From the IMG/VR virus record IMGVR_UViG_3300031992_000040, positions 44,675 to 108,674 of that record: DNA of 64,000 bases, one strand, 5' to 3'. Below, piece after piece: positions 49,365 to 62,954 of this stretch. The stretch's first letter is position 1. Each line of letters opens with the position of its first letter. The translations under genes and the position numbers were made by a program. The notes beneath the pieces were generated by a model, which saw only the letters and a list, made by a program, of their open reading frames with translations, was not told where the DNA came from and did not search any database. The DNA comes from a virus. Lineage: Duplodnaviria > Caudoviricetes.

Positions 49365-49988
49365 TTAATATATACAATGATATATATTCTCTTTATCTCC
49401 TTTAATTTTAAACATACCACAATAATTGTTTTCTATTTCAATTACCCTATTAAAAAGTTCATATAAATTTTCTCTTGTCATATTCCATAAATCAAAATCA
49501 AATTCAATTAAGTTGTCATAATCTATATTATATTCTGCATAATCTTCCTTTGTGCTTTCAATATCTTGCCTATAAAACACATCAAAAGACACTCTAATTT
49601 CCTTTATTTGCTCGAAATAGTCAGTGATATTAGGTAGATATATTTCAACTCTGCCCTCCTCCCACTTTCTTGTTTCTTCTATGCCTTTTTCAGTAAAAGA
49701 TATTAAGCCTAGATTTCTGTTTTCTCCAACTCTGCAAACTCTTTGTTCTTTTTCAGTTAATAAATCGTATTCATCACTAATAACCCCTGCACCTGTGCTT
49801 TCTAACAACCTAATAGCATACATTTTATCTACTTCTTTTTCGTTATAATTTACACTTATGGTATTTTCAATAATTTCTAATGTTAAGTCTAAAGCACTTT
49901 TTGTATAAGCCGACCAATGATAATAACAATTTGCTATTGTTTCGTTTGTTTCCTTTTTCTTTATTTCAATATTTAATCTTTGCCCCAT
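49365..49988 (-). CDS. Hypothetical protein, MGQR-family member 2
   Basis: MGQRLNIEI...ANCYYHWSAYT; RBS GTGAGG before the ATG at 49988. Confidence 0.6.
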   Translation of the reverse strand: MGQRLNIEIKKKETNETIANCYYHWSAYTKSALDLTLEIIENTISVNYNEKEVDKMYAIRLLESTGAGVISDEYDLLTEKEQRVCRVGENRNLGLISFTEKGIEETRKWEEGRVEIYLPNITDYFEQIKEIRVSFDVFYRQDIESTKEDYAEYNIDYDNLIEFDFDLWNMTRENLYELFNRVIEIENNYCGMFKIKGDKENIYHCIY

Positions 49989-49989
49989 A

Positions 49990-52900
49990 TTATTTTTCCT
50001 CACTTTCTAACTCTTTAATAATTTTTTCTGTTAATTTTTTATCATATTTATATGCTATTGCTCTAAAGTTATGTAAATCTATTATTGTGTCAATTAAATC
50101 ATAATAATTATTTACTTTTAATTCATCAACTAAAAATTCACTTAATTCTTGTATATTTTTATATATACTTTCTTTCATTATATCATATTCGTTCATAATT
50201 TTACACCTCTGTTTCAATTTCAACAATAGTATATCTAGTCAACATATCAGTATAATCTTTTGTTTCAAACCAAATTTCCCTTTGATAATTTCCATTATCA
50301 TTATAATCACAAATATAATAATCTCCACCATTTTCTTTTAAACCCTCGTATTCTTGTATAATTAGTCTGTCTAATTCTTCTTTTGCTTTTTCATAAGTAG
50401 TATAACCAACTTTGTGATTATCATTATATATAGTATTGTCTGTGTCTTTGCATAAAACCTCTATTATATATACCTTTTTAATGTTTCTTTCTTCGTTTTT
50501 TCCAAAAGGAATATAACCTAAAACTATTTTCTCTAAATCTTCAAAATTCATTTCATCAAAATCAGTTCCCATTTCATCATCATAGATAATAATATCTTCT
50601 CCTAATTTGCAAACCTCTCTCTTATTATATTTACTAATAGTTAATAACATATCTTTATAGTTAAAATCAAAATAACCTAAATCTAAATCTATATTTGTAA
50701 AACCAATAGTAGTATCTTTCTTCTTTAATTCTAACATATATTTATAAACTTTTTCAATATCGTAAGTATCTCCAATATCAATACTTAACTTTCTTTCAAG
50801 TTGTTTATAGTCAATATAAACCCTAGTTAATATTTTCATTTCTCTTTCATTATATTTTTTCATATTATCTATTCCCCTCGACAAAATCTTCTAACATTTT
50901 TTTATATTTATTATCTACAAATTTACAATAAACATTCAAATAATTTCCATAATAATCTTCTGTAATTTCATAATCAACAAATATAACATTTGCATTTAAA
51001 ATATTTTTATCTTTTAAATAATAATTTCCTACAACATATTTATTTTCTAGGTCTTTATACATACCAACATATTTTTTTGTTGAAAGTAAATTTTTAATAA
51101 AAACATTATTAAAACCAGCGTCCAAAACTTCTTTTAATGTTATTTCATATTTATCATAACTATTGTCAATACGATTTAAACATTTTTTTCTTAATTCTGC
51201 AACCTCATATTCTAATTGATATAATTTTTTCATAATTAAACCACCTCATAATCTCCTCTTAAAATCATTTCAATAATACTTTCTTCATCTGCAAACAAAC
51301 CAACCCAATCTTTAATAGTTATTTCTTCTTCCCAAAAACCATATTTAATTGTTATTTCTTTGTTTGTTTTATTTTCAATATCATAAGCAAAGTCCCAACC
51401 TTTATTATCTTTCCATATAATAAATTCATCTGTTTCAAATATATTTTCTAATTTCATTATATATTCACTTCCTACTCTTTAATTCCTAATCTAATTAAAT
51501 CATTATCAGTAAAACCCAATATAGTCTTAAATTTTTGTTCTAATTTTTCTTTTTCGTTAATGCCCCATAATTCTACTAAATATTCAATAGTATTATAAAG
51601 TAATTCTTCATTATGTTTTAATTCTTCTACTCTTTTTATTTCCTCTATGTCCATAATCATAATTATTTATCTCCTATTCCTAGTCTTTGTTTTTCTTCTT
51701 CCCAACATTTATCACAATAAGCACTTTGGTAGTCATCTTTTTTACAACCACATACAAGACAAACAGATTTATTTTCTACTTCTTTTTTTAATTGTTCTAA
51801 TTCTTCTTCAAAATTATTCAACCACTCATCATTTGAGTTCATATATGCTTTTGCCACACTTAAAAGTTCTTCTCCATAGTCTATTTGATAATTGATTTCT
51901 TCATCATCTTCCCAACACATTTCATTTTTATAATAGTCTATTGCCCTACAAACAATTCTTTCTACGAGTTCAGTAAAAGTTTTATAACACTCATCTTCTA
52001 CAAATTCATTTTTAAATTGTATGTCTTTAATATTAAACCCTTTGCTACATTTAATAGGTCGCCAATCATACATTTCACAAAAATTGTCTAAAACTTCTAA
52101 TTTACTATCTCCACCTAATTCTTTTAAACTTATTTCTTTATAGTCTAAAAAATAATCTTCTTCTTTACCAACACTTTTAATTAAATCTTCTAATGATAAA
52201 ACTTTTGTTTCTTCGCAACTATCTAAATACTCTTGTTTTTCTCCATAAGTAAAACCTTTACCCATTTGATATTCCATACATAAATGTTTTATCCCATTGT
52301 TTTTTGCATTGTCAATTATGCTATGCTTTTCATCAATTTTTCTTAACCATTTTATATAAACTCCAAAACCCAAATCTTCCATTAAGTCCATAAATTTATA
52401 TATATCATCATTTTCGTAATTGATTTCTACAACTGCACTATAACAACCACCTAAAAACAATTCATAATCTGTTTGCATTTTTACACCTCCATAAACATTT
52501 TAACAAGTATTTCTCTAGTAGTCATATTATTTATATTATCTTTAATATCTTCGTAAATATCGTATAGCATATCACTTAATCTGCCAATAGTAGTGTCTGT
52601 TTCATCTTTTAACCACAAGTCATTTAATAAACCTATCAATTCATAAGATTTTTCCTCATTAAAACCACTACCTTTTAAACAACTATACATATATAATTCA
52701 TTTATACCCTCATCTCCTAGTTGTTTACTTAATTTATCTAATTCTATCTTCATTAAAGCCATTTTTTTATTTCATCTCCTATTTTAATAATATTTTTCCT
52801 TTTCTTCATCAGTTAATTCATCTAAATCTACAAAATTATGCCCCATATCTTCTAATAAACATTTTAAAGTTTCTTTATCTCCAACCTCATTTTTAAATAA

Positions 52901-53536
52901 ATCATATAGTTCTCCATAAGTAAAATTACTATTAAATTCACTAAAGATATATTCTTCTAATACTTCATCATCTATTAAGTCCATTAAATCAACTGCGACC
53001 ATTTCCATATTAAAATTTTTAATAAATAAGTCTTTTAAATTCATATTATATTACACCTCTTTTACATTGTTTTTTTAGTAGAGGGGGAATATTATATTCC
53101 CACCTCTTAACACTTAATCTATTGAAAAAGACTAATTAAACTTTTCAATAACTAAATCTTTTACAATATCACTAGGTATAAAGCCATTATGTTCATAATA
53201 TAAATCTTTTAATTCATTTTTTATTTCTTCAAATTTTACATATAAAGTTTCCATACCTAATTTTTCTAAATCTTTGATTTCTATTCTATAATTGTTTATG
53301 ATTTCTTTTTCTACACCAACAAATATTAGTTCAACATAATCATTATTTCCACCTACATTTATGCTTGTTAATATTTCTGTGTAATTTTCTTCATATTGCT
53401 CATCTGTTTCTTCATCTTCATAAACATAAGTAATTCTTAATTGCCCCTCTAAATTTTGTTGCTTGATTTCATCTCTTAAATCTTTTAAACAATTATATGT
53501 TCCATACAAATCTTCGTTCAAATATAAATTATACAT
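49990..53536 (-). other. Array of small acidic hypothetical genes (49990-50226, 50201-50884, 50865-51233, 51236-51457, 51472-51660, 51663-52478, 52481-52762, 52784-53044, 53132-53536)
   Basis: Head-to-tail - strand ORFs with RBSs; 51663-52478 ends in a CxxC...CxxC Zn finger. Confidence 0.6.
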
Positions 53537-53558
53537 AGTTTTCTCTCCTTTTTTCTAT

Positions 53559-53588
53559 ATTATATCACACTTTTTTAAATTGTGCCTA
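53559..53588 (-). promoter_or_regulatory. TAGGCA-class promoter 1
   Basis: TAGGCA-N18-TATAAT with extended TG. Confidence 0.7.
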
Positions 53589-53591
53589 ATT

Positions 53592-55157
53592 TTAATCAAA
53601 ATTTACTTCCATTTTTCTTTTTTCTGCAAATTCTTTTAGTGCTTTAACTTCATGCTCGTTAGGTTTTCTATTGTGCATACCTTTAACTTGCATTATAGTA
53701 TTATTTCTAACTTCAAATGTAATTAAACTTTCTTCTTTATTTTTTCTTAAAAAGTATATTAAACAAGTTCCATTTACAACCCTCTTAATATAACTTGCAA
53801 CACAATGATTAAGATTATCTCCCTCTTTTGTTAAATCACTCGTGCAACTAGGTGCAACAACATAATATTCTTCACTTGATTTAAACTCTTTAAAATCTGC
53901 ATATCTGCTCTTAAAGATTTCTTCTTGTTCTTCTTCAACTTTTATTTGATGATTTCTACTTGTTATATCGTGAGTCTGTTTTAAATAACTTGAATACAAT
54001 GTCGGTTTTATATTGTCTTGTTTACACATTGATAAATAATCTCTTAATTCTCCAATAAAATTAGTAACAGAAGTATACCCTTGATTTATTGTTTCATTTA
54101 CAACATAATTAGCATATTTTTTAAACGAATAATTTTCTCTTAAAATTTCTTCTTTATTATAGTGGTATAATAAAACACCTAATAAATTTTCTCCATAACC
54201 TCTATAACCCCAACCATAATAAGTTGAATAAGTAATTTTATAAAAACTTAAATCTTCTTCATAACCTATCATTTCATCAATTAAATCTAGCCACTCTTTT
54301 TCTGTTCTTTTAACATAATTATCTTGTTCGTTGTTAATAGTTCCTAAACTTTCATATAAATATTTAATAGTTCCTTTTTTTACTGCTAAATTATATGTTT
54401 CCATAGTTATATTCAATAATTTATGAATAGGTAGACACTCTGTAAATTTTTCTTTCAATAACTTGTCTTTTATCTCGTTTGGTGCTTGTTTCATTATGAT
54501 TTCAAAAGATTTATTTTCTAAATTGTATTCTCTTAATTTCCACAAATTATGTTCTCCCTCATAGTCAACACCATAAACTTTGTTAATGAAATATTTGCCT
54601 TTAATATTTTGAATATTGCTATATCTACTAAAACTATAATCTTCTTCTGTTTTTGTTTTTATATTGTATTTTTTACCCTTTTCTTCCATAAAACTTATAG
54701 AATAAATAGTTTCTAATATCATTGATATTCTTTTATTATCATTTGAAATATTATATTTATATTCATACACAATAATACACAAATCGTTAAAATCATAACC
54801 CTTAACAACCTTTATTTTACCTCTTTTTGTATCTAGTGTATATAAATAATCTTCTTCTTCGTTATAATCTGTTATTTCAACACCTAAATCACTATCATAA
54901 TACATATTCCCTAAATTTCTATTACAATATTGTAATACAATTCTATCTGTTATCATATCAAAACTTTGCTCGTTAGAATAAGATTTTTCAATTTCATTTG
55001 ATAATTCTTGTTCTTTTTGTGCTAATTCTAGTTGTAATGATTTCATTTTTGCTTTTAGTCCTTTAATAACACTATTATCTAAATCAATATTAAAAGCATT
55101 ATTAAAATTATGTTCCTCTTTTTTAAAATAATCTCTAATATAATTTTTTTCTTCCAT
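53592..55157 (-). CDS. PcfJ-like domain protein
   Basis: RDYLSM, LKQTHD, EGDNLNHCVASY, IYFLR, ITFEV, QVKGMHN. Confidence 0.75.
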   Translation of the reverse strand: MEEKNYIRDYFKKEEHNFNNAFNIDLDNSVIKGLKAKMKSLQLELAQKEQELSNEIEKSYSNEQSFDMITDRIVLQYCNRNLGNMYYDSDLGVEITDYNEEEDYLYTLDTKRGKIKVVKGYDFNDLCIIVYEYKYNISNDNKRISMILETIYSISFMEEKGKKYNIKTKTEEDYSFSRYSNIQNIKGKYFINKVYGVDYEGEHNLWKLREYNLENKSFEIIMKQAPNEIKDKLLKEKFTECLPIHKLLNITMETYNLAVKKGTIKYLYESLGTINNEQDNYVKRTEKEWLDLIDEMIGYEEDLSFYKITYSTYYGWGYRGYGENLLGVLLYHYNKEEILRENYSFKKYANYVVNETINQGYTSVTNFIGELRDYLSMCKQDNIKPTLYSSYLKQTHDITSRNHQIKVEEEQEEIFKSRYADFKEFKSSEEYYVVAPSCTSDLTKEGDNLNHCVASYIKRVVNGTCLIYFLRKNKEESLITFEVRNNTIMQVKGMHNRKPNEHEVKALKEFAEKRKMEVNFD

Positions 55158-55159
55158 TT

Positions 55160-55417
55160 TTATTTACCCTCTTTCTTTTTAATTTCTTTTGTCGCTAATT
55201 CAAACATATCATCTATGAAAGTTAAGCAACTTATCATATCATCATAAGTATTAAACTTATATGTTTTATCTTTCATTATTAAACAATAGTTATTTGTTCC
55301 ATTGTTTTTAAACTCTGTCTTAAAAGACCTATTTACAAGTCTTTCATTTAATCTTGTTATTTGTTTATCAATATAATCTAATTTTTCTTTTGTTTTCATT
55401 TTACCAAATCTCCTCAC
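55160..55417 (-). CDS. Hypothetical protein
   Basis: Operon packing. Confidence 0.5.
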   Translation of the reverse strand: MRRFGKMKTKEKLDYIDKQITRLNERLVNRSFKTEFKNNGTNNYCLIMKDKTYKFNTYDDMISCLTFIDDMFELATKEIKKKEGK

Positions 55418-55946
55418 AATTATATAAATCTACAATTTTAAAATCTTTGCCACCACAACTTTTATGTATTCTTTTACCCTCTATAAAAGAATTTAAACCT
55501 TTTTGTGTTAATCTGTGCCAATACCATACTTTACCACACTTATCGCAAGTAATTTCCCACTTATAACTTTCGTGTTCTTTTGGTGGTATTTTGTTCGCAT
55601 TTCCATACACTTGATATTTATTACCACACCTATCAATATTATAATCTGTTCTATTGTTTACATATCTTGCATAATATTGCCATTTTGCCTTATGTCCTAT
55701 TGTATCATCAAAAGTATGTAAAATCTCGTGTATTATTGTATTTTTTATATCTTTATCTGTGCCAACCTCTAAAAGCCAACTTGAAATATTTATATCTTTT
55801 TTATTACAACACTCTCCAAATCTTTTTTTTGCTCTGTAATTTACCTCATAAGTCAAATCTTTTTTCAACTTATTTTCAAGTCCTATTGCCTTTAGTTCTT
55901 CTTCACTTTCTTTTGAAAGTCTTTTTAATTTTTGTTCTAAATTCAT
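55401..55946 (-). CDS. SprT-like zinc metalloprotease
   Basis: RAKKRFGEC, TIIHEILH...GHKAKWQ, CDKC; start moved to 55946 (RBS GAGGTGG, promoter just upstream). Confidence 0.8.
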   Translation of the reverse strand: MNLEQKLKRLSKESEEELKAIGLENKLKKDLTYEVNYRAKKRFGECCNKKDINISSWLLEVGTDKDIKNTIIHEILHTFDDTIGHKAKWQYYARYVNNRTDYNIDRCGNKYQVYGNANKIPPKEHESYKWEITCDKCGKVWYWHRLTQKGLNSFIEGKRIHKSCGGKDFKIVDLYNCEEIW

Positions 55947-55971
55947 ATAATATTTCCACCTCTTGACACTT

Positions 55972-56001
55972 ATTATAGCATAGATTTTTGAAATATGCCT
56001 A
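55972..56001 (-). promoter_or_regulatory. TAGGCA-class promoter 2
   Basis: TAGGCA-N18-TATAAT with extended TG. Confidence 0.7.
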
Positions 56002-56007
56002 TTTTTT

Positions 56008-59000
56008 TTATTTTCCAAAAATATATTTTGCTATACTTATATGTTTTCTAACAGACACTTTCAAATTTTTGTCATCAGTTATATCTTTCATAGTTCTTAA
56101 ATCTAATATTCTTCTTTTATAATCTTCATATTCAATAAGTAATATTCCTTTAAAAGATATTGTTTTTTTCTTTGTTCTTTCATCATAGATAAACACATTT
56201 CTAATTCTCATTATATTTATAATCTTCTTCATTTTCCCACCTTAACTTTCTTCATTTTTTTTAATTTCTTCTATAAAACTTTTATCATCATAAGCATAAA
56301 AATCATAATCTTTTTGTTCTTCTTCACACCAAACTCTTAACATTTCACTAAATATAGAAATATCATAATAATAATGTTTGTTATTATATTCAAAACAACC
56401 ACTAAAATTTTCTATACATATTTCATCTATTGTTTCAAAAAAATTTTCAAAACTATCAAATCTAAATAAAGCATAATCTGTATAATTCGTTCTAATATCT
56501 CCAAATCTATGAACCATAATAGCAACATAAAACCCATTATCAGTTTCACAATAATCGTAGTTAATATCATGTAGTATTTTACCACTATAATTATAAGTAT
56601 TTCCACCTTTAAATTCTTTATAGTCAGTTAATTTTTTCATATAACCAAGAATATCATTTTCATACTCTTTTGGTATATCTATTTCATAATTTCTTAAATT
56701 GTCTAAAATAATTCTTGTATCTGCTAAATATTTCAATTCATCTTTATATTCGCTATTTTCTTTCTCAATATCTAATTTTGGTATATCTGCAATAATTTTA
56801 TCTATCATTTTCATAATATTATCTCCTAATTAAGCAAAATAACTTCCACTTATATAGCCAAAATGCCCTTCAATATAATAATTATCAACTATAATTCCAA
56901 CATTAGATAAATCTTCTTTCAATTCTTCTATAATTTCATCTCTATTGTTATATTTTTCAAACAAATTATTCTTCATCAATTCTATTAAAATTATATCTTC
57001 TCCACTATCAAATTTACCTCCAAAATAAACTCTTTCTTGTGTTTTATCAACCTCTAAATAGCCATTAAAATCTCCAATAAAGGTAGCAAAATTGATATTA
57101 TAAGTAAAATCTATAATTTCATCAAATTCTATATTGTCTATATCTACAAACAAATCTTTATTTTTAATATTTTCTTTATTTGATGTTAATAATGTTCGTA
57201 ATTCATTTAAAGTTAAAATCATACCTTTAGTTTCAACACCATAAGTTCTCATAGCCATATTTATTCTCCCCTTTTATTCATTTGTTTTCTTTCTTTTAAT
57301 AATTCTTCATACAATTTTGTATCTTGTTCTGTTTTATTCTTTTTGTTTCTTAAATATGATATTTTATTATTTAATTTATGTCTTTCTTTATATATAGTCT
57401 TATTTTTATTATTGACTATTTTAGTTCTTTCTTTCTTTTCAACAATAAATCTTTCAACCATATTCCAATATTTAACCCAAATATCATAATTTTTGCTATC
57501 TTCAAATATTTCATTATCTTTTTCTAATTTATTATGCAATAATTCTTCAACCTCTACCATTATTTTTATATCTTTATTAGTAATAATTGCCACAATAAGC
57601 ACCTCTTTCCTAATCTAAATCTAATTCTACAAAACCAATTTTGTTGTTTTCTTCTTTAATTTCATTTTCAAAATATTTTTTATAGATTTCTTTTGTTTCA
57701 TCATCTCTAAACCATATATTTGTATCTAAATAATTAGTATTATATTCAATATCGTTATAAGTATCTAAATATTCAATATCTTTTAACTCTTGTTTTTTTA
57801 CCTCTATCTCGTATAAATCGCTTTTTCCATAAGCAACAAACTCTAATCTTCTTTCTAAATAATCAATATCTTGTTTTAATTGTTCTATTCTGTCTTGAAT
57901 AATATTTTCAATATTTCCTCTGTATAAATCTATTGCCCCCATTAAAATATCGTTAAAACTCATTTCTTCTATGCTCGTAAAACCTTTAATTATATTTAAT
58001 ATATCTTCAAAATCATAATTACATTGTTCTAACATATCATAATCTGCAATTCCACCACCAAACAATGTTATCAATATACTTTCTTTAAAACTTATCATTT
58101 TAATTTTCCCTCTACTTTATTTTATTATATTCTTCATTTATATATTTCATATAATCTTTATACCATTTATCGTTTGTAAAGTATTTATCACAACCACACT
58201 CAATTTCATCTTCCCCTACAATTTTCCTTATACAATATATTCTTTTTTCGTTATCTATTTTTTGCAATAAACACCCTAAAATAATCATTATACAACCTAA
58301 AATTGCCAATTTCTTCATATTAAAACCTCTTTTCTATACTAAAATCGTTTGTTTCTTTATTATAGTAAACTCTAATAGAACAAGCCGACCAATAACCTTG
58401 ACTATTTAAACAAATCTCAAGTTGATTTTTTATTTCCTCATCAGTTCCAAAAATAAACTCATCATAATCTTCCATTATTGTTAAAAATCTTTTTAACATT
58501 TCATCATTTACTTTAATCATATTATTCCTCCTCTATTAAAGAATTATAAGTGCAACCCTCATAATCAGTATATACATTACTTTTTACTTTACATTTTGTA
58601 TCAAAATATTCTTTCTGTTCCTTATATATTTCTTCTGTTCTTTCTTTTCCAAGTAAATCATAGTATTCATCAATATATGGACGACCATAATATTTACTAA
58701 CACCATTTATACATTTATTTGTATGAATATCTCCAAAATAAGTAAAACAACTCATAATCATTTCTCTTAATTGCAACTCAATTTCTAATTTTTTTTGCTC
58801 ATCAGTTAATTCTTTATAACACCTTAAAAAGTTTCTTCTTTCTTCTATTTCTTTACTACTCATTTTAAAAAGTCCTTTCTAATACATTTCCATTTTTTAT
58901 AAAACCAATAACACCAATTTCACTACAACATTTATCAGTTTTATTGTAAACATAACTATATAATTCGTTATTTTTCAACATTTTTCTATCTTCTTGCCAC

Positions 59001-59944
59001 TCTTTTTTTTCACTACTAACATAAAACATATTATATAATTCCCCAAAATTAGTATAACTATGAATTATATGATAAACATAAGAATTATAATCTTCTTCAA
59101 ACTCATTTATTGCTTGTATCAAATCAAAATTATGCTCGTTAAGTCCTACAATATTATATCTTTCACTTATACTTAAATCATAATTATAATTATCTATTCC
59201 TAACATTTTTAATCGTTCTTTACCCTCGTTTATTTGTTCTATTGTTGCCTTATATTCTCTTTTAGGTATTTTCCTTATTTCTATATCTTTTCCCATTGTT
59301 TTTGCCAAACAATATGCCTTAAAATAGTCTAATAAGTCTTTTTCATTTAAAAAGTTATTTTTGCTATAATAGAAAGCACCTTTTGTTCCTTTTTGCCTAA
59401 TATAACCATAATTTTCACTATATAAGTAATATTTTCCCTCGTGTTTCTCATTAAAATATTTCATAAACACTCTATAATAATTTTCTAATGTTTTTGTTCT
59501 ATTGTCTACTTGTTCTTGATATTCTTGTTTATTTCTATAAAGTGTATAATCTTTTCCCTCATAATCAACCTCATACAAACCACTTTTTAAATCATCATTT
59601 GATATTTCAATATAACCATTGTTATAACCAATATTTCCAATATAATATACTTGATATTTTAAAATCGTGTCCTCATATAATTGCCAAGTATTTACATTAT
59701 TATAAAGTTCTTCATTTGTTCTCATTAAAGCATATTGCCATTTATAGCAACTTGCATTTAAAACAAGTCCACCACCATTTAAACCTCGTAAAAGTTCTAA
59801 TTCAGTTTCGTGGTATCTCTCTACACTATCAACAATATTATAAGTAGAATAAGTGATAGGGAATACATTACTACTTGCCCCACATATATTTATTTTTCCA
59901 CTTTTTTTATTCATTGATATATTTTTTACTTTTGTATAACTCAT
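56008..59944 (-). other. Array of hypothetical early-type genes (56008-56232, 56242-56814, 56830-57258, 57261-57602, 57610-58098, 58112-58318, 58320-58520, 58522-58863, 58865-59944)
   Basis: Head-to-tail - strand ORFs with RBSs; 58112-58318 has an N-terminal hydrophobic signal or anchor. Confidence 0.6.
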
Positions 59945-59968
59945 AATTCTTTCCCCCTAAACAACTAT

Positions 59969-59998
59969 ATAATAACATAAGATTTTCATATATGCCTA
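59969..59998 (-). promoter_or_regulatory. TAGGCA-class promoter 3
   Basis: TAGGCA-N18-TATTAT with extended TG. Confidence 0.65.
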
Positions 59999-60010
59999 TT
60001 TTTTTCAATT

Positions 60011-62840
60011 TTATTCGCCAAAATAACTATCTATAAATTGACTATATAAAATATCGTTTTCCACCTCATAATAGCAATTTAATTCTAAATCGTTATTACT
60101 ATATTTTCTATCGTAAACAACCATTTTTATAGGTATAAACTCATCATTTTTGTTTTTTCTTAAATGATATTCTATTTCATTACAAACCTCGTTAAAATCG
60201 TTTATAATCGTTTTAACACTTAAATCTTTATAAACAATAACTAAAACAAATCTTTCTTTATTATTCATCATCAACAACTCTTTCTAATATTTGCCAAATC
60301 TCTAAATCATCATTATCGTAAATAACCTCAAAACCATTGTTTTTTTCTTTTATTTCCATAGTTCTATCTTTTTCATTTTCTAAAATCTCATTTTTAACAA
60401 TTTCTAGTTCTTTTTGTGCCTTTTCTATTGTGCTTTTAACACCATATTTACTAATAACACTATAAACCTCATTTTGTAGCATTGTTCCAACTACAATATA
60501 AACCTTATTCATTTTGTTTACACCTCTCAATTCTTTCTCTTATTTCTTCCAATTTATCATCAGAATAACAACCAACAATTTTTTCATTTTCTATTATCAT
60601 AGTAGAAAACTTATTTTTTGCCTTTTCAAAATCGTTTCCAATATAAAATTGCCAACTTGCATAACCAAGTTCAAAACCTATATTTGCCAACTCATAACTC
60701 ATTTTTTCGCCTAAATCTTGTAAAGTTCCATTATTTTCAAACTCTATATCTTGTTTTAAATCTTGCAATTCTTTATAAAAATATTTACAATATCTATCAA
60801 ACATTTGTTTGTGTTCTTCACTTATTCTAATAATATCATTTTTACTAATTTTTCCCTCAATAAACCACTTTTTTAATTCAGTAAATAAATTATCAATAGT
60901 AGAATATTCATATATAGTTGTTTCATTATGCAACCCTACTTTTGTAATTGACAATAGATACATAAAAACACCTCTTTTAACCTAAAATAATATAATTTTC
61001 TAAATCATCATCATTTAAACAATAAATCAATTCTTTAAACTCTTTTGTATCGTTAGTAAAGCCATAAAATAATTCGTGATAACTATTTCCCTCATCATCA
61101 GCACTTATTAAAATCTTTTTATTGCCATTACCTAATTTTACCTCGTTTTTACATAATTCCAATAATTCCTTAACACTAATCGTTTCCATTTAAAACACCC
61201 TCTAAATAATCTCTAATCTCATCAATTTTATAATAACTAACATTTTTTATCAGTTTACTAAACTCAATATTATTGACCTTATATTCAACCTCGTTATTTT
61301 CAATAATATATTCAATAAGTCTTGAAACATTGTCTAATACACCAATATATTCGCCTAAATCTTGTTTTTCAAAAAAACATAAATCTTTATTTAAAACATA
61401 GTCTTTTTCGCCACCAACATAAACTTTACTAACAATTTTATGATTAAATCTTTCCATAATTCTATCAGTTAATAAGTTGTTTTTAATCATAAAACTATAT
61501 AATTCCATTATATTGTCTATTTTTGCAACAACTTGTCTATTTGTTGTTTCATACTCGTTAAAAAATAATTCGCCACATAAATCTATTTCATTACATAATT
61601 CGCAACCATCATAAGTCAATAAATAACAATTTTCATACTCTATTGTTCCATTGTCTTGTAAATCGCATTTTATAATAGTATCATATTTTTTCATACTTAA
61701 TACACCTCTTTTACTTGTTATAATCAACAATATCTTGTATTGTATCTAAAATAGAATATAAACTTTCTAAATCTTCATTTTTAATTTTATAATTATTTCC
61801 TAAATCGTATTTTTCACTTTCACTTGTTAAATCGTTCATATAATCAATATCATTTATAACTACACCAATAAAATACTTAATAATTTTTAATAAATCTAAA
61901 TTATCATAAGTAAACTCAATTTTTTTTAAATCTTCTATATTCAAATTATCAATTTTCATAAAAAACACCTCTTATTCATATCTAAAAATCTCTTTAAAAA
62001 AAGTCCTCATCAACAAAACTATACATACTATAAGCATTGATAAAATCTTCATCATCATCACTTATAATCTCATTTATACTTGCAATTTCCCCATAACTTA
62101 TATTTCTATTTTCCTTTTCCATAAGTAAATTATCTAAAAATTGCACTTTTAATTGTTCTTTTTGTTCTTTTGTTAAATCTTCTAATCTCATCATTTTAAA
62201 ACACCCCTTTTAAATAAGATAAAATATCAATTTCCATATTTCTTTCCACCTTTTAACACCTAATAAGTATATTTTTCTAAATTGCTATTAAAATATGTTT
62301 TTTGCTCGTTTTCCACTCTAAAATCATAGGGAATATATCTTTTGAAAAAATTATCATAACTTAATAAAATATAGTTTTTGCTATTTGCAATTTTTTCCAT
62401 AATTTTGCTCGTAAAATTGCAAAAAGTAATTATTTCCTCATTTTTAGTATTTATTTCCAAAATCAACCTATTTTTCATCATTTTTACCTCATTTTTTCAA
62501 TTATTTCTTGCATTGTTTTTTTGCTCACTTTTCTTCCCATTACCCAACTATATGGTAGTCTATAAAAGTTTTCACTAAAAATCTTCTTAAACTCTCTTTC
62601 TATTATTGTTCTTTCAGTTTTTTCCAAAATCTCGTTAATTGCCACAAAATTGCAATTTACACTAACACTATATTTGTTTTTATCATAAATTGAATATAAC
62701 ATTGTTTCAATTTCACTTTTTACCCTCTTTATTTCCTCGTTTTCAGTAGTGAAAAATCTTTCCACCTCGCCTTTATCATAATTATCGTAAAAGTCCAAAA
62801 TTGTTAAATAATTCAATTTATCAATGATATTTCTTTCCAT
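60011..62840 (-). other. Array of small hypothetical genes (60011-60277, 60261-60530, 60505-60963, 60977-61189, 61176-61730, 61711-61968, 61994-62194, 62260-62481, 62484-62840)
   Basis: Head-to-tail ORFs with GAGGTG/GGGGTG RBSs. Confidence 0.6.
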
Positions 62841-62950
62841 AATCTTTCCCTCGTTTCTTTCCATAATCATAATATCACAACTTTTTCATATATGCCTAAA
62901 ATTGTCAATTTCTTTCCATTTCTTTCCATAAAATTGCAATTTCTTTCCAT
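62830..62950. repeat. Five direct copies of TTTCTTTCCAT
   Basis: Copies start at 62830, 62854, 62909, 62919 and 62940, flanking promoter 4. Confidence 0.75.
62869..62898 (-). promoter_or_regulatory. TAGGCA-class promoter 4
   Basis: TAGGCA-N18-TATTAT with extended TG. Confidence 0.65.
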
Positions 62951-62954
62951 AGCC

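Noticed and set aside
53080-53107. Hairpin AGAGGGGGAATAT-TATATTCCCACCTCT as a terminator
   Set aside because: No U-tract follows on the coding (-) strand; it could be a processing or stability hairpin but that is unsupported
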